DNA from: Spirochaetia bacterium
Lineage (GTDB): Bacteria; Spirochaetota; Spirochaetia; DSM-2461
Assembly: GCA_963666985.2 (NCBI GenBank)
Contig: CAXXIA010000002.1
Span: forward strand, 2,464,001-2,528,000
Length of the DNA: 64,000 nt
Direction: 5' to 3'
Positions 61,815 through 64,000 of this stretch are shown here, piece after piece. The position numbers were made by a program, and so were the translations under genes. The number at the start of each line of letters is the position of its first letter. The first letter of the stretch is position 1. The notes below the pieces were generated by a model that saw only the letters and a program-made list of their open reading frames with translations, did no database searches and was not told where the DNA came from.

Positions 61815-62765
61815 ATGTTGAAAAAGATTCTCGTCATCGCCTTGATCCTGATGGTTCCCGCCGGTTTTCTTTTCGCCAACGGCGGGGGAGAGAAATCGGC
61901 GTCCAATCTGATGGTGATTATTACTCCGGATAAGGACAATACGTTCTTTACCGCCGAGGCCGATGCCGCGAAAGCCATGGCCGAATCTCTCGGTTATCAG
62001 ACGCTTCTTGTTGTTCATGGCGACGATCCCAACAAAGAGAGTGAGATTATCGACACCGCGATCTCGCAGAAAGCCGCCGCGATTATCATCGACATCGCCA
62101 ATGCCGATGCCTCTCCCAACAACTTGCGCCGGGCCGATGAAGCGGGTATCCCCGTATTCTGCATGGATCGTGAAATCAATGCGGCCGGCATCGCCAAGGC
62201 TCAGCTGATCTCCGACAACTTCCAGGGCGCTCAGCTCGGCGGCGAGTATTTCGTCGAACTGATGGGCGAAAAGGGCGACTGGGTTGAGCTCGTCGGTAAA
62301 GAATCCGATACCAATGCCGGTGTTCGTTCCAAGGGATTCCACTCCATTATCGATCAGTATCCCGATATGGTGATGGTTGCCCGGGAAACCGCCAACTGGA
62401 GCCAGACCGAAGCTTATTCCGATGTTGAGTCCATTCTTCAGGCCAACCCCACGGTGAAGGGCATCATTTGCGGCAACGACACAATGGCTCTTGGTGCGAT
62501 GGCCGCCGCCGAAGCCGCGGGCCGCGGTGACATCGTCGTTATGGGATTCGACGGAAACGACAATGTTCTGGATTCCATCATGCAGGGAAAGATCAAAGGC
62601 ACCGTTATGCAGCCGAACGCCCTGAACGCCGAGATGGCCGTACAGCTGGCCGATAAGTACATCAAATCCGGTTCCACGGGTATGGATCAGGAAAAGATTC
62701 TTAACGGATGTTTCCTTATTACGAGTAAAGAAGCCAAACAATGGCGAGGATTCAAGAAGCTGTAA
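61815..62765 (+). CDS. Sugar/polyol ABC substrate-binding protein (D-apiose/erythritol/ribose-type)
   Basis: 'IITP..DN.FF.AEA', 'DREINA.G.A.AQ', 'ELVGKESDTNAG.RS.G', 'ANWSQTEA', 'GNDTMA', recalled as typical of apiose/EryG-type SBPs. Confidence 0.85.
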   Translation: MLKKILVIALILMVPAGFLFANGGGEKSASNLMVIITPDKDNTFFTAEADAAKAMAESLGYQTLLVVHGDDPNKESEIIDTAISQKAAAIIIDIANADASPNNLRRADEAGIPVFCMDREINAAGIAKAQLISDNFQGAQLGGEYFVELMGEKGDWVELVGKESDTNAGVRSKGFHSIIDQYPDMVMVARETANWSQTEAYSDVESILQANPTVKGIICGNDTMALGAMAAAEAAGRGDIVVMGFDGNDNVLDSIMQGKIKGTVMQPNALNAEMAVQLADKYIKSGSTGMDQEKILNGCFLITSKEAKQWRGFKKL

Positions 62766-62799
62766 GGCGCTGCTGAGAAAAGCATCGTTATGATCATTG

Positions 62800-62833
62800 A
62801 GGGAGCTCCGCCTCCTCGGGGCGGGCTCCCTTT
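62800..62833 (+). terminator. Intercistronic GC-rich hairpin after the SBP gene
   Basis: agggagctccgcc...ggcgggctccct followed by tt. Confidence 0.5.
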
Positions 62834-62863
62834 CCATACCCGGGAAATCCCCGGAGGACAATA

Positions 62864-63550
62864 ATGCGAGAAAACAAAAATTCACCGATTCTGCTGACGG
62901 CGTTAATATTCTGCGTTGCACTGATTTCTTCGTGCACTGTCGTCAAGATCGAAGATAAGGAATCAGGCGAAGGGGACGAATACTCCACATGGACCAAGAC
63001 GGGGACGGGTTTCGTCGCGGTTGATTATGTCGAGTCGGTCTGGGAAGAGAAAATGATCCCGATTTTCGAGGAAGAAGCCGTGGACTACGAAATGCTCATG
63101 AGCGCTCTTGCCGAAGATCGTCAGGGTAAATCGAAAGAGTACGGACTTCTCCGGCAGACCGGAGAACCTTTTTATGTGTTTAAAGTCCGAGGCAAAGCGA
63201 AGGTTCTGGAGTTCGACGACAGTTCCCGAAACGGCGTAATCAGGGTGGATCATGAGCCTGAGGACGGTATCGCGGATGCCGTTATTCAGGTCGGACCGGT
63301 TCTGAAGGGATCGGCATTAAGGGATTCGGTGGAGTTCATTCGGTTTACCGATGTGGGTAATCAGCTCCAGTTTGCCGATCTGGCGAAAGAGATGAACATG
63401 CGGATGAAGGCCGATTCTCTTGATCCTCTCGATTTGACCGCCCTTAAAGGAAAAACAATCGAGTATCTGGGAGCTTTCCGTCTGGAAACGGAATCACCGC
63501 TGGAAGATGTGGTTATAACACCGCTGGTTTTGAACGTGGTGGAAGACTGA
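62864..63550 (+). CDS. DUF2291 family lipoprotein (EryH-like)
   Basis: Lipobox 'ISSC' followed by 'TVVKI'; 'IQVGPVLKGSALRDS...FTDVGNQLQFA'. Confidence 0.82.
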   Translation: MRENKNSPILLTALIFCVALISSCTVVKIEDKESGEGDEYSTWTKTGTGFVAVDYVESVWEEKMIPIFEEEAVDYEMLMSALAEDRQGKSKEYGLLRQTGEPFYVFKVRGKAKVLEFDDSSRNGVIRVDHEPEDGIADAVIQVGPVLKGSALRDSVEFIRFTDVGNQLQFADLAKEMNMRMKADSLDPLDLTALKGKTIEYLGAFRLETESPLEDVVITPLVLNVVED

Positions 63551-63559
63551 GGATGCGAT

Positions 63560-64000
63560 ATGACTGAAAATGAAAAACCCTTGGTTCTGGAAGCCGAGGG
63601 CATCCGAAAGGTCTATCCCGGTACCGTTGCTCTCAGCGGCGTGGATTTTAGAGTATACGGCGGCTGCGTCAATGCGCTTGTCGGTGAAAACGGCGCGGGA
63701 AAATCCACTCTGATGAAGATTCTCGCCGGTATAGAACAGCAGAACGGCGGTACGATCACTCTCTATAAAGAAAACGGCGACGGGGAGCAGGTGAACTTCG
63801 CTTCTACCCGGGAGGCCGTCGCAAAAGGCATAGGAATTGTTCATCAGGAACTGAACCTGTTTGCCGACTTGAGCGTTGCCGAGAACATCTTCATGAATAA
63901 AGAGAAGGTGAAATATCGGAAGCTCTTCATCGATCATTCCATTCAAGAAAATCTGGCGGCCGACGTACTGAAGAAACTCGGTCAGGATATTGATCCGAGA
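63560..64000 (+). CDS. Sugar ABC transporter ATPase, 3'-truncated by window edge
   Basis: 'MTENEKPLVLEAEGIRKVYPGTVALSGVDF...ALVGENGAGKSTLMK...HQELNL'; not in the ORF track because it has no stop. Confidence 0.9.
   Translation, partial: MTENEKPLVLEAEGIRKVYPGTVALSGVDFRVYGGCVNALVGENGAGKSTLMKILAGIEQQNGGTITLYKENGDGEQVNFASTREAVAKGIGIVHQELNLFADLSVAENIFMNKEKVKYRKLFIDHSIQENLAADVLKKLGQDIDPR

Overview
Bacterial chromosomal window, most likely from an anaerobic spirochaete. This is inferred from the 'LFANGGGEK / LSASGQDEK / LFAEGVQE'-type N-termini of exported proteins. In order, it holds: the end of a chemotaxis cluster (MCP, cheW, cheB, inverted cheR plus an atypical MCP, cheD); c-di-GMP enzymes; a yedF-desulfurase-DUF3343-selD selenium cluster; a sigma54-controlled ato (thiolase/CoA-transferase/AtoE) operon; lipid enzymes; a fused DNA-repair radical SAM/DUF4130 gene; a vWA/XpaC/TelA operon with a frameshift; a membrane 7TM-LuxR regulator region; a sigma54 sugar-ABC operon; an IS1182 element; and a glycyl radical enzyme (GRE) locus. 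Two systems stand out. (1) The sugar-ABC operon's own histidine kinase has no membrane segment and instead carries a complete RbsA-like ABC ATPase domain at its N-terminus, suggesting transporter-docked signalling. A matching sigma54 promoter and tandem enhancer sites are visible upstream. (2) An unassigned eliminase-type GRE is tied by three LacI-type operators to an apiose/erythritol-type (DUF2291) ABC importer, suggesting an undescribed anaerobic radical pathway for a polyol or branched sugar. No rRNA, tRNA or CRISPR array was seen. All family calls come from motif recognition; no database searches were run.
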